A stretch of DNA of 64,000 nucleotides from Narcine bancroftii. Lineage: Eukaryota. A model generated the notes under the pieces. That model was not told where the DNA came from and made no database searches. It saw only the letters and a program-made list of their open reading frames with translations. Position 1 is the first letter of the stretch; every line of letters starts with the position of its first letter. The stretch is from positions 93,124,001-93,188,000 of the forward strand of contig NC_091476.1 of the NCBI RefSeq assembly GCF_036971445.1, given 5' to 3'. The position numbers were made by a program, and so were the translations under genes. Of this stretch, positions 50,069 through 63,345 are shown one piece after another.

Positions 50069-50475
50069 TGTGATGGTACAGGTTCTATCACCAATGTGTA
50101 TATGTACAGATCGTAGTGTAGGATGACTGTGATTGGTTGAGAGCGTAGCCACGCCTACTGGCAGGTCTTAAAGGATTGCTTCTAGCCAGACTAGGTCATT
50201 CTGGACTGGTCGACCTACTTGTGATATGCTCCAGTCTTTTAGTTAATAAAAGCCTTGGTCTGGATTAACAAGTCTTTGGTTCTTTCGACATGCTCACAAT
50301 TTTATTAACTAAAAGACTGGAGCATATCACATGACGAGTCCAGAATAACCTGGTCTGGCTAGTAGCAACCCTTTAAGTCCTGCCAGTTGGCGTGGATATG
50401 CTCTCAGCCAATCGCAGTCATCCTACACTACAATCTGTACATATACACATTGATGATAGAATCTGTACTATCACA
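50069..50475. mobile_element. Fold-back (palindromic) LTR element, copy 2
   Basis: Full LTR at 50069-50298, one A, then inverted U3-R at 50300-50475. TG...CA ends. TSD ctatt/ctact. Confidence 0.9.
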
Positions 50476-51219
50476 CTACTTTATGGTTTCCCCGCAATTT
50501 TTGAGCAAATCATGTGTTGGACTATTGCAAACTGACAATTCAGCATGACCAGACAAACCCCAGTGAATTTATACACACATACTATTTTAATTTGCTCCCT
50601 CAAGTGTGCTGTTTATCTGTGTAGTTTACATAAAATTCCTCAGAGGTGCTGGAGCACAGAGGCTGATCATGTTATATGGCACTGGACCGGTCCTGTCTCA
50701 GCTTCTCATTAGTGCCACATTCTCACCTTCAGATTTCACCCACTGCAAATTAAATTTCTTTCCTCCATGAATCACAGGAGATCTTTGTCCAAGAAATAGC
50801 AACTTGATCAGCTGTGAATGAATGAGTGAAATTGCAAGGAGGCCTGCACAAGTAAATTGAGGAGCTTCAGATATTTGTTGCAAACCTCAAGGCCTGATCT
50901 TATTTCATACACCATGAATGTTGCTTTTAATTAAATAAAGCAGCATTCAAAGAAGTGTGCAGCATCTTCCAACTTGAACAAGGAATTTTAACCCAAGTTA
51001 TTGTTGTCTGTCATTCTTTCAGTGAACTTTTAATTAATTATGGGGAAAGAATCCTTTGGGAACAGAAGAATCAAAAAAAATTCTCTCTTAATAAAACGAG
51101 ATTACCTCTCTTTGCCTTTTAATTCCCTTTGTTAAATATTAAAATCTGAGGTGAACTGTGAACACCATTTTGCCGACTGTCACTATTTTTCATCAATCTT
51201 GGCAGATTAAATATGGAGT

Positions 51220-51220
<1 letters not shown>

Positions 51221-51256
<36 letters not shown>
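51221..51256. repeat. (GT)18 microsatellite
   Basis: Read directly from the sequence. Confidence 0.97.
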
Positions 51257-51257
<1 letters not shown>

Positions 51258-51504
51258 TATAAGAGGGTTGGGAGAGGGGGTAGTGGGAGATGGAACCATT
51301 TCACTTCTGAGAGAAGGCAGGCCTTGATTGAAGTTTTCAGTTAAATCAGGGCTGGCAACTTTTTCAGCTGCTTGAGCCTTCTCCACAAAATTAAAATTAG
51401 CCTTGAGTGCTTGCCCAGATAATTTCTTGGAAGCCGTACCTTGTCCACTTCTCAGTTCAGTGCTGGAATAGGCAGTATTTTTTCTCTCCCCAGCCTCGGT
51501 CTCA

Positions 51505-51751
51505 ATTAAATTAAAGACATATGGCATGGTAACAGGCCCTTTTGGGCCATGACTCCGTGCCACTCAATTTAAACCCAATTAACCTAAACCCAAAGTACGC
51601 TTTGAATGGTGGGAGGAAACTGGAGCCCCCAGTAAAAGGCACAAAGACACGGGTGGGGGGTGGGGGTGTTGTACAAACTTTATGGACAGCACAGAATTCA
51701 GTCCCTATCGCTGGCATTGTAAAGATATTGCACTAACTGCTTTGCCAACCG
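51505..51751 (-). mobile_element. HE1/V-SINE-like SINE
   Basis: Minus-strand cggttggcaaagcagttagtgcaat head and ggcctgttaccatgc tail. Confidence 0.8.
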
Positions 51752-52289
51752 TTAAATGAATTGATCACAGGCTTTTGTAGTCTTTCTTGGCATAGCGAAG
51801 AACCTCCCCGAATATGGCCTCTGCAGCATAAGAAAATTGCTTTCCGTAAGCGTCTGCTTTGGAGATTCAAATCATTCCATCAATGGTTATTCTCACTCAT
51901 TCACAGCTGGTCAAAGTGCAATTGGAATTCTCATCCTGCTGCACTCTCTAGAGTAGAGGTCTCTTCCCGAGCCAGATAATGACTTTTTTTCTCCTGAAAT
52001 ATAGACCTATATTTCCCTGCTTCTTTCTCTCATCAGTTTATCAGTTAAAAATCTCAAAAAAATGTCCATTATGAGCTACTTCAATTTAAAGATATGCAGC
52101 TCACAAAAATGCTGGAGAGACTCAACAGGCCATGCAGCAGCTATGGAAAGCTGAAGACAGTTTTAAATTTTGGCCTGAGCCCTTCTTCTGCTGTGTTCAA
52201 TAAAAGATGGACATTAATTACTCATGAATGATATTACGGCTTTTATTCCCCACTTGGTTTTCATGCTGAAATATTTATAAGTGTCATCA

Positions 52290-52458
52290 TGCTCCAAAGT
52301 GCAAGCATGCTGACGGACATGCTGACCCTGGCTGCCGGGCAGAGCCAACTGCGCAGCCGCCGCCCCGCTCCATAAACGGTGCTGACCCTCGCGCATGCAC
52401 TGATGGGAAGAGGCCTACGCACCCCAGTGGACACAGCCGACCCCTGCAACCGCAACAG
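52290..52458 (+). promoter_or_regulatory. CpG-rich patch, candidate promoter or first exon
   Basis: Local CpG cluster, NRF1-like cgcgcatgca (~52390), GC box ccgccccg, strong donor CAG|gtaagg at 52458. Confidence 0.3.
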
Positions 52459-54029
52459 GTAAGGTCCGAGCCGCCTATGGCTCTTACACTGGCCCCTAAT
52501 TATTATAATGAGATGTCTCTAATAATAATAATAACTACACAACTTTAATCCATTATATAACAATTAACTACATAACATTTGAAACATTACATAGGTCTTC
52601 TTTCTTCATCTATCACCACCCTGGAGTCTGTTTATGCACAAAGTACAAAACACAAAATCCAACAAAATAAAGTCAGTTTTGTGCTCATTACAGTTTCTCT
52701 GTGTTCTGCAGAAGCCTTGAGTTACAAACGTCCACCAGTAAACCTCAGATCTTCCTCAGCCAGAACAGACACAGCTTTCTGCTTAAATTTAACGAGGTAC
52801 GTCTTCAGCATGTCATTTGGATTTCTCCCTTTTTACAGCATTTCGCTACTCATATGAATTTTTAGCACCAGATTTGGAACATTTATCTGATTCTCTGGAT
52901 TTCAATGAACAAGTCTTAACCTTCCCTGTGACCGGTTTGCTAGTCTTTTTCTTTCATTCCCATAGTTGGCCATAGATAAGGTAAAATTCGAATGACATTA
53001 GTTTTTTCAAACTCATCAACTGCCACAGCATTTTTTGAAGCCTCCTGTAAAGAATTTGACTGGTTCCACTTAGGGCTCCTACAGATTTCTTTAACTAGAA
53101 TTGTGGCCTTTACAAATTAGAAGTTTTGAATCCCTTTTCTGGCCATTACTCAGGCCAATGAATGTGGATTGCAAACTGCAAAGCAACTCCACATTTCTAT
53201 GATGGCTGCCCCCTTTGATAACTGTCCAAAATGTTTTTATTTTCCAAGAAATGGTTTTACCAACTTGTCTGTAGGACACACTGCTATAAGATTAGAAGAT
53301 CCAGATCCCTTTCTGGCCAATACTCGAGGCAGATGGATGTGGATTACAAACTTCCCCAAGCCTGAGAGATTTCCAAGGTGGCCACCATATAATTTTTCAA
53401 TATCACTCCAAACACAGAGGGATTATTTTCTATCTTCCATCCTTCTATTTTCTGTTCCAACAATAATTCTTTATTAATAAAATACCATAGTTTCTGTTCA
53501 CTTAATTTCTTCCGACTTAGTACAACAATTTCTGTGACAATTTCTGCTGATTTATTACAGCAATTTCTGTTGATTTAATGTAGTGACTTGCTTCCTATTA
53601 ACTTATGCAGTTGCTTGGAGCCTAAGTTAGGGGTTTGTCTGCAATGTTCTTTCAGAATCATGAAGTATTATTTGAACATCATTTAGTTCTCGTTAACTTT
53701 TATATGAATGTTTTGTTGTTAAGAATCTACTACCCAGGATATCAGAAAAAAAGATTACAAGTTTTGTGTGTTAACAATAAAGGATTTAAAGACCACTGAA
53801 CCTGTACTGGAAATGATTGAAAACGTGACACAGACAAATCCCCTAACTTGGTCTCCAAGCAGTTACATAAGTAAATAGGAAGGAAGTTGCTACATTAAGT
53901 CAACAGAAATGAAATGAACAGAAACTATACCTTTATATTCTCCCCAAATTCCCAACAATCCCTCCCGCCATTCCCTGCCTCAAATTCTGCCGCTCTCTTC
54001 CACACTACCAGAGTTTAGTGACCGGCTGA

Positions 54030-54180
54030 CCTCCCAGCCTCTTTAGGACGGAGGAGAACACTGGAGCACCTAAAGAAAATCCATGCAATCACAGGGAGAA
54101 AGTGCAAATTCCATGCAGTACCCAAGGACAGGACCTAAACCCAAGGTCTTTATCGCAGAGCTAAAGCAATGTGGATCATT
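54030..54180 (-). mobile_element. Degraded SINE
   Basis: ggagcacc..aaatccatgcaatcacagggagaaagtgcaaa core in antisense. Confidence 0.55.
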
Positions 54181-54399
54181 ACATCCCATGAGTGAAAGAG
54201 ATGGTGCAATGACGTAAGGAGTGAGGTAGATAATATCTCGGAAGCATAGATAGGATAGATAGTCAGATTTTTTTTTCCCCATAGAATAAGGTTTAGGCAA
54301 GACGAAGGAATTCTAAAAGGTATTTGAGAAGAATTTAAAAAAAAACAGAATTTTGTTGATATCTGGTAATTCTTGCCAGAGGAGGTAGCAAAATCAAAT

Positions 54400-56295
54400 A
54401 TAACCTGGTACAAAACCGAATTCAATGCAGTAGGAGATGGGAAAACTTCACTCCCAGACCACAGGAACAAAAAAGAACCACCACTGCACACCCCATGTCC
54501 CCTGATGATCCTCTCCTGTCCATATCCAGAGATGACACACGGGCTGCCTTCAGGAGAGTGAATCTGAGGAACACATCCAATCTGGACAGAGAACTCAGCT
54601 GAGTATTAAAAGCCTGTGCTGACTAACTTATCAATGCATTCAGGGATATCTTCAGCATCTCACTCCAGCAGGGCATGGTACCCATCTATTTCAAACAGGC
54701 GTCAATCATACTGGTGCCCAAGAAGACTGTGGTAACCTGCCTAAATGATTATCAGCCAGTGGCACTCACATCAACAGTGATGAAGTGTTTTGAAAGGCTG
54801 GTGTTGAAGCATATAAGCTGCTGCCTGAGCGACATCATAGATCCATTCCAATTCACCTATCATAGCCACAAGTCTACAGCAGATGTCATCTCAATGGCTC
54901 TGCACAAAGCCCTGGAACACCTGAACAGCAACAATGCTTTTTATTGACTAGAGTTTGGCATTTAACACCATCATCCCCTCAAAACTGATCAGTAAACTCC
55001 TAGGACTCAACTGTGTAACAGGATTCTGAATTTCCTCACCTCCACACCTCAATCAGTGAAGATTGGTAAGAACATCTCCACAATCTCCATCAGTACCAGA
55101 GCACCACAGGGCTGCTTTCTGAGCCCCCTTCTCTACTCGCTTTACACCTATGACTTTGTGGCTTGGTATGACATCAATAGCATCTACAAATTTGCTGAAA
55201 ATACCATTGTAATGGGTTGTATAAAATGTGGTGATGGATCAGCATACAGGAGGGAGAATGAAAACTTGGGCGAATGGTGCAGCAACAATAACCTTCCATT
55301 TAGTGTTACCAAAACCAAAGATCTGATTGTTGACTTCAGGAAGGAAAAACCAGAGGTGTATGATCCAGTGATCATTGAAGAATCGGAACAAATTTAAGTT
55401 CTTGGTGTCACTATCTTGGAGGATCTTTCCTGAACCTGACACATTAATGGCATTATGAAGAAAGCACGTCAGCTCCTCTACATTTTCAGGAGTTTGCAGA
55501 GGTTTGGCATGACACCAGAGACCCTGTCAAATTTTCTACAGATGTGTTGGAAATGCTTGACCGGCTGCATCACTGTCTGGTGGGGGCACCAATAGTCCCG
55601 AGCGTAAAGACCTGCAGAAGGTAGCAGACACAGCCCAGGACATCAGAGATAAAACCCTCCCCACCACTGAGAACATCCATGAGGAACGCTGCCATCGGAG
55701 GGCTGCTCTGCTATCGCTACTGCCATCAGGAGAGAGGTACAAGGTGCCACAAGACTCGCACCATCTGATTCAGCTGCAACCCCTCCACCATCAGACTCCA
55801 ACAATATACTCAATCAGGGACTCATTCAAGGGCTCTTATTTGTGCACTTTATTGTTTTTTCCCTCTCTGTATTACACAATTTGTTGACATTAATTTATTT
55901 GTTTACATGTGCACACTATGTACATTTTTGTTTACACTACAAATAAGTGGCAATTCTGCCATGCCTGCATCAAAAAAGAATCTCAGGGTTGTATGTGAAC
56001 TCATGTATGTGGAGGGGGAGGATGTGGACATGTCCTTGGGCCTGCACAAAGGAGCTTTTAGGTGGAGTGCAGTGTGCGCAGCACTGGGCCCACCCTTTAC
56101 ACCCATGGTTCGTGTGCCGTGGCCAAGGAAGCTGGGACGTGGCAGCGAGGTCCTTGGGTCGTAGCTTTTATATCAGAGTGGCCTTCTCCTATGCAGGTTT
56201 CTTACCCGGGCTGGAGGGGCCTGCCTCCCCTCCTAGGTCGGACCATACCTGGTCGCAAGTGAACTCATGTATGTACTCTGACAATAAATCAGAAA
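54400..56295 (+). mobile_element. Rex-Babar LINE, 3' ~1.9 kb
   Basis: FKQASIILVPKK..LNDYQPVALTSTVMKCFERLV; APQGCFLSPLLYSLYT..KFA; KTKDLIVDFRK; 3' UTR ending gacaataaa. Confidence 0.92.
56011..56258 (-). mobile_element. 248-bp non-autonomous retroposon, probably RTE-related
   Basis: Perfect 16-bp TSD gtgaactcatgtatgt. Minus strand carries aaacctgcataggagaaggccactctga, similar to RTE 5'-UTR motifs. Confidence 0.75.
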
Positions 56296-57610
56296 TCTCA
56301 CATCTGAATTGACAAGGCAGAGGATACAGACTTAATTTGGGAAAATGGAATTCATGTGGATGGCAAAATGATTGGCATAGTCATGGTGGGCTGAAGGGCC
56401 AATTTCTGTATCATTCCATGATTGTGTGACTATAGATGTGTTTACAGATTCGACGGCTACTAGCTGTGGCATTGTGCAGTTCATAATGTATGGTACTGGT
56501 GTTATATTTTCTGTGTGTTTCATTGTGTACACTCTTTTCATGTAAATTGCACCCAAATGTTATTTTGAGTAAATTGCACTATTATTAAGGTGTCCTAATT
56601 TTCCTTTACCCTCATGCAGTGATGAATGCATAAATTTGACAATTTGCTGTCTAAACCTAAGCTTTGGGATATGCAAACTTCACGCAGCAGAGTGATTTTT
56701 AGGAAATCATTAGAATGACTCATGCTGCAATTTATATGTGTTTATTAAAGAATCATTAACTTTTAATGAGCATATCGATTATTGCAGATGTGAGTAATCA
56801 CTGAGCTAGTTATGCTGATCCTCTTTGCTGTTATCAACATAATTCTGTCTGGAACATGAGCCCCTCAGTCAGGTGATTAAAGGAACAGCTTTTGCTGCAT
56901 TTCCATTTTTGAATTTATTCTTGCTCTACAATGTTCCCTCAAGAATGTTGAGACTAGGAACATCAAGTTCCCAGTGACAATCAATATGATCTAGTGGTTG
57001 TCTTGACGCAAAGATCAACTGGAAGAGAACAAAAAGACGGCGTGAATGGAGCTCGGAATTTTCCCCCTGATAATTAAGGCTTAGTGATGAAGCTCGTGAT
57101 TTTTTTTTTCTCTTCTTAATACATGTTGCTGATGTGGATTTCATCTGTTTTCTCCTTTTAAGAAACATCTCAGTAAAATTGTGAGGGAAAGAATCTCCAA
57201 GGATTTTAGAGCGATTGCCAAAGATGTATTAGGAGAATTAGTAATTGCAGGCAACCAAGCACAGACCTCAGTTGTGTCAAATCATGCAAATGCCTTGAAT
57301 GAAGCAACATCTCCTCAAGACGGCGAGAAAAATGCCACATCACTGAACACGTTTTATTTTCTAATTTATACTTTTTAGATGTGGCAGCGGAAGATTTATG
57401 CATCGTATGCCATCACAATCTCCTTAAAAGTGCAGTGAATTTTTGTTTCTATTTAAAGGTTGTCGTAATACAATATTTGCATAGCTCAAGCACGGAAACC
57501 TCAGTTAAAATGAAGGATCGACTATCTTATTATTTCCATTTCTTTAACTCTGACTAGGATCTGAATTGTTTTGCTACTCACCTGCTCCTCCCTTTTCTCT
57601 CAGTAATTAT

Positions 57611-57662
57611 ATTTCATAAAACTAGGTAAATTGTAAATTTCATAAAACTAGGTAAATTGTAA
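57611..57662. repeat. Perfect 26-bp tandem duplication
   Basis: atttcataaaactaggtaaattgtaa occurs twice in tandem. Confidence 0.95.
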
Positions 57663-58595
57663 ATCAACTGCCATTTCCAGAGTGTGTCTAGGGTATGTTG
57701 AGGGCTGAAGACACATATTAGCACACACTGTGAGTGTTTTCCCATTAATTTAATGTAGATATAACTACCAATAGCACCTGATATCTACCAATTGAAAGCA
57801 GCTACACAGTCCTGGATTCACATTGACCCATTATTCTCCACAAATATTTAATTAAAGGATCAAGATACCTGTGGTAACCAAATGCTAATTTTAATTGCAT
57901 GAGAGCCCAGATGATTTTTAATCATTGCTTTGAAGTTCACAGCGACAGTCAGGTTCTCTTTTTAAATGAGAATTGCCCTGCAAAAAGTGAAGTTAGTCCT
58001 GGCATGACAAATATTTTCCTTCAAAATTTTGCATTCTAGACTCACAATATAGAAGTAGAATAAGCAAAACAAAACATGAGTCATCTAAGATCCTCAAATA
58101 CCAATGAAAAGAAGATGAAGTAAACTGGTTTCATGTAATCACACTTGTACCTGTACCTTCTTTTACAAATTGCCAGCCAATAAATCCCACTCCCTTGTCC
58201 TTTAAACATATCTCTCCAGTTTATTTTCCTCTTCAGATATGGATAAATTAAACTTTGAAAGTCCCTATTGAATCTACTTGCATTTTCTTGAGGTCAATGT
58301 CTTAATATTCCAGCATATTTTTATAATACATCCCCCGCTAATGGAAATAATCTCATGTTTATTTTATGCAAATTCTTCCTGAATCTCAACATCTGTGAAT
58401 TTCAACTTAACTATCTCTGCTTTAAGGACAAATTAACAACTTTGTTTTCCTCATCATTCCATTAATTCAAGTCCATTAAAAAAATCCAGGTAATCTCCCT
58501 GTTTACTGACTTGGTCTTTGAGTGCAAACAGCTTTTGTATTTTCTATTCTTTCCACCAACCAATGTGCTGCCATCAGCAAGAGCAAATATAATTG

Positions 58596-59385
58596 AGGCC
58601 TTTGCCAAGGTCCCACATGGGAGGTTAGTCAGGAAAGTTTATACGCTAGGTATTCCTGGTGAAGTGGTGAACTGGATTCAGTAATGGCTGGGCGGGAGAG
58701 TCGTGGTTGATGAATGCCGCTCAGACTGGAGCCTGTGACTAGTGGTGTGCCTCAAGGATCAGTGCTGGGACCATTGCTGTTTTTCATCTATAACAATGAT
58801 CTGGATGATAATATGGGAAATTGGATCAGCAAGTTTACAGATTGGAGGTGTTGTGGACAGCGAAGAAGGTTTTCAAAAATTGCAGAGGGATCTGGACCAG
58901 CTGGAAAAATGGGTTGAAATATGGCAAATGGAATTTAATGCAGACAAGTGTGATGTGTTACATTTTGGAAGGACAAAACAAGAAAGGACCTACATTATAA
59001 ATGGCAGGGCACTAAAGAGAGCGATAGAACAGAGAGATCTGGGAATACTGATAACGAATTCCGTGAAAGTGGTATAGGTGGATAGGGTTATACAGAGATC
59101 TTTTGACATATGGCCTTCATAAATCAAAGTTTTGAGTATAGGAGTTGGGATTTAATGTTAAAGTTGTACAAGACATTGGAAAGCCCAAATTTGGAGTATT
59201 GTGTGCAGTTTTGGTCACCTAACTATAGAAAAAGATATCAATGAGATAGAAAAGTGCAGAGAATCTTTACTAGGATGTTGCCCGAACTTCAGGAACTGAG
59301 TTACAGGGAAAGTTAAATAGGTTAGGACTTTTTTCCCTGGAGCTTAGAAGAATGAGGAGAGATTTGATGGACCTATTTAAAATTA
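58596..59385 (+). mobile_element. CR1 RT fragment
   Basis: AFAKVPHGRL; [16 protein letters not shown]; WQMEFNADKC; YCVQFWSP. Confidence 0.92.
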
Positions 59386-59561
59386 TAACCATATAACAAC
59401 ACAGAAGCAGGCAAGTTTGGCCTTTCTAGTCTATGCCAAACACCTTCTCACTCCTAGTTCCATTGATCCTCACCCATCCCATAACCTTCCATACCTGTCT
59501 CATCCATATACCTATCCAACTTTTCCTTAAATCGAGGCCGCATCTACCACTTTGGCTGGAA

Positions 59562-59727
59562 GCTATAAGCTTATAGGCATCTCTTACATGCTGTTGGTCC
59601 GATTCCAAGGCAGTACTGAGGGAGGGGATTGGGCAGTACCACCTTGATTCGGAATCCTGAGGGAGAGGAGTTGCAGTATCAGGGTGGGCCAGCCAGTACG
59701 ATGCATGTATTACAGTGTTCCACCACA
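59562..59727 (-). mobile_element. Truncated LTR (U3-like part) at the CR1 deletion breakpoint
   Basis: Minus strand starts tgtggtggaacac. Non-CR1 sequence. No AATAAA or U5 present. Confidence 0.5.
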
Positions 59728-59943
59728 TTCTCTTTAAAATAGCCAGTACTACCTCTTCATTAATCTGTGTATTTTCCATGAACTCACTACCAGATTTCCT
59801 TACTTCACCTGACTCTATTTCCATAGGGAATACTGAAGAAAAAAAGTCATTTAAAATTTCCCCCATCTCTTCTGACTTCTCACAAAGCCTACCCCTCTGA
59901 TCCTCAAGGGGCCCAATTTATCCCTCACTGTTCTTTCACTTTT

Positions 59944-60117
59944 CTTCTACTTTCTTTGGCTTGGCTTCGCGGACGAAGATTTATGGAGGGGGTAAATGTC
60001 CACGTCAGCTGCAGGCTCGTTTGTGGCTGACAAGTCCGATCCGGGACAGGCAGACACGGTTGCAGGGGAAAATTGGTTGGTTGGGGTTGGGTGTTGGGTT
60101 TTTCCTCCTTTGCCTCA
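59944..60117 (-). mobile_element. RTE LINE extreme 3' end
   Basis: Same sequence as 11086-11252 and 48107-48265. 11-bp TSD ctttcactttt. Confidence 0.9.
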
Positions 60118-62712
60118 CTTTCACTTTTAATGTACCTGTAAAACTCTTTTAATTTTTTTTTTACCTTGCCTGCCAAAGCAGCCTCATATTTCCTTTTAGC
60201 CTTTCTAATTTCTTTCTTAAGATTTTTTTTGCACTCTATATTCCATATTTATTCCGTGCTGTCTATAACCATTGTATACATCCCTCTTCCTCCAAACCAA
60301 ATTCCAAATATCCCTTGAAAACCAAGGCACCCTATATTTTCTAACCTTTCCTTTAATCCTCACAGGGACAGACTGACTCTGTACTCTCAGAATTTCCCCT
60401 GTAAATATCCTCCATTTATCTGTTGCATCCTTCCCAGAAAATAAATGATCCCAATCCACACCTTCTAAACCCTTTTGCATCTCCTCAAAATTAGTCTTGT
60501 TCCAATCAAGAATCTCAACTGTAGGCCCAGCCCTATCCTTCTTCATAATTAACATATAGTATTATAATCACTAGACCCAAAGTGTTACCCAACATAAATC
60601 TCTGTCACCTGACCCATCATGTTCCCTAATACGAGATCCAATACAGACCCCTCTCTCTATGTATTGATTTAGAAAACTTTCCTGAACACATTTGACAAAC
60701 TCCAATCCATCCAGCTCTTTTATGGTTTGGGCATCCCAGAAAGTTCTAGAATCACCAACTTGTGTTTACTACACATATATGCTATCTCCTTACAAATGTG
60801 CTCCTCTAATTCCCTCTGTCCATTAGGGAGTCTATAATACACCCTCATTAGTGTTTTCATTCCTTTCCCATTCCTAACCAAATAGCCTCACTGAATGAGC
60901 CCTCCAATCTATCCTGCCTTAACACCACTGTAATGTTTTCTCTAACAAACAATGCGACTCCTCTACCTTTTATCCCCCTTGTCCTATCATGCCTAAAGCA
61001 ACCGAATTCTGGAGCATTCAACTGCCAATCATGCCCCTCCTGCAATCAAGTTTCACTGATGGCTATAATATCATATTTCCATGTGTCAATCTATGCTCTA
61101 AGCTCATCCATCTTACTCACCCTGCTCCTCGCGTTGAAATATATACATTTAAGAGCATGTCCCCTACAATTGCTCCTTTGATTACCACCTACTAATCCCT
61201 TTTCTTCATTAATTTTAACAATCTGATTCCTCTCTCCCTTCAAATAGAGTTGTCCTTCTACTCTAATCTCCAAACTCTCATTCTGATTTCCATCCCCCTG
61301 CCAAACTAGTTTAAACCCTCCCCAGCAGATCTAGCAAACCTGCCTGCCAGGATATTGATCCCCCTCCAATTCAGGTGCAGTCCATCCCTTTTGTACAAGT
61401 CAGACCTTCCCCAGAAGAGATTCCAATGATCTGCAAATCTGAACCCCTGCCCCTGGACCAACTCTTTAGCCACACATTCATCTGCCACATCTTCCTATTT
61501 TCTCTGGTGCATGACACAGGCAGCAATCCTGAGATTACCACCTTCCCTAACTCCCTATAGTCTTCCTTCAGGACCTCTCCCCACTTCTATCTATATCATT
61601 GGTCCCCACATAGACCACAACATCTGGCTGCTCACCCTCTCCCTCCAGAATACTGTGCACTCAATCAGACATCCCTGACCCTGGCACCCGGGAGGCAACA
61701 TACCATCCAGGAAACCTCCAATCCATTTGTTTAACCAACAAATCCCCAATCATTATCTCTCTCCTCTTCTCCCCAACTTCCTTTCTGAGCTGCGGGGGCC
61801 AGCCTCTGCACCGGAGACATGACCACCTCAACTTGTAGGTCCCCATCAACAGTATCCAAAATGGTATACCTGTTGTTGATGGGAACAGCCACAGGGGTTC
61901 ACTGCACTGTCTGCATCTTCTCCTTCCCTCTCCTGACAGTCACCCAGCTACTTGTCTCCTGAATTATAGGGGTGACTGTCTCCCTGACACTCCTGTCTGC
62001 CACTACCTCTACCTCTCTCAAGATTTGCATTTCATCTAACTCCTGCTCCAGTTCTCCAACTCAAGTTGTAAGGAGCTGCAGCTGGATGCACCTTCTGTAA
62101 ATGTAGTCATCAGGGACAAATACACTGTCCCAGATTACCCACTGTCCTAGCTGATTATGTTACCTAACTTTAATTAAAGGATTAAACTGCCTTACCTCTC
62201 TTGTAGCAAACAAGCTAGCTTTTTCTCAGCCTTTACCAGCCAAAGCCTCAAAACTCCACTCTTACATTAAGCCACTCCAAGTTGGTCACTCCTTTAGCTA
62301 CCCCTCCTTTTATTGGTCCCTGCCACCCAATTAACACAAAACTCACTCCCAAAAATTAACTCTTAATTGTCTTAACTCTTAGGTCTCGGTGCCCTTTTTA
62401 AACCCTCCAAATCACTGGCACTCACCACTTCTGACTTGACTGTGAATGAAATGAGGGGGACAGACAGAGAAAATGTAGATAGACTTTTTCCACTGAGGGT
62501 AGGTGAGATACAAATCAGAGGATATGGGTTAAGAGTGAAAGGAAACTTCTTCACACAGAGAGCAAGCTATCAGCTGAGATGATTAATGTGGGCTTAAATT
62601 TAATATTTCTTTTTCTTTTTAAAATATTTTTATTGATTTTAATAAATAACTTATACAAACAAAAAGGGTACAATTCAATTACATAGTATGGATAGTTTGT
62701 ATTGGGAAAAAT

Positions 62713-63345
62713 TGTGGCTGTCATGTGACAGCACTGCCCTTACCTAGTTGGAGGACACATCAGCTGCCAATCAAGGTTTGGTTCTGCCCCATCCACTGGT
62801 GCACACCTTGTTTTTGGCTCCATGTAAATTACTTGGATTGGACTCTCCAACCTGCCTTTACTTGGCCTTGGGCCATTAGCTGTTGTAATTGGATTAACTC
62901 TCCTGGCACTGAGCCATTGGGTCTGGAACCTCCAACACTATAAAGGTGCCATGTGCTCTTTGTTCTTTCTCTTTGCTAGCTTGGGACCACCCTAATTCAC
63001 TCTAGGGTGCTGGAGAAACTGTTGGTAAGATGTGCACTGTTAAAAGGGTTGGGAACATTTAATTAGTGTCACTTGCCTGCACTGAGTCAAGGGGTGGTGG
63101 GGCATTGTAGAGATTTTTTCCTTGATCATTGTATGCATGTGTATATTTTGTTCCATTGCTTTTTTTCCCCCATGTTCATTATTAATTATCTGCTATTTCT
63201 TTTCCATGGCTGCAGTAAAGTGTGTGTGTGTTGCATCATTTACCATTTCCCATACTTGCCTTCTGTAAATAAAATGCTTCCCCATCAAAACTGTTCAGAG
63301 CCCTTGCCATTGAGACCTTCCAAACCTGTTTCCTCACTCATAACA
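62713..63345 (+). mobile_element. Solo LTR, 5' boundary uncertain, inside an L1-like tail nested in a CR1 3' fragment
   Basis: CCAAT boxes, TATAAA ~62939, AATAAA ~63268, ends cataaca. Confidence 0.6.

Larger units (their letters stand above)
59386..62440 (-). mobile_element. CR1 LINE with 5' UTR, ORF1, endonuclease and 3' tail; most of RT deleted
   Basis: WVTVRRGK; PGARVRDVS; FADHWNLFWGRSDLYKRDGLHLN; CIYFNARS; MGEILNDFFSSVF; 3' tail at 59386-59560. Confidence 0.9.

Noticed and set aside
51207-51563. 118-aa ORF
   Set aside because: Starts in a SINE tail and ends in a (CA)n repeat; chance ORF.
57379-57440. RING-finger start (EDLCIVCH) in an alternative frame
   Set aside because: The remaining Cys/His ligands are absent and there is no clear donor.
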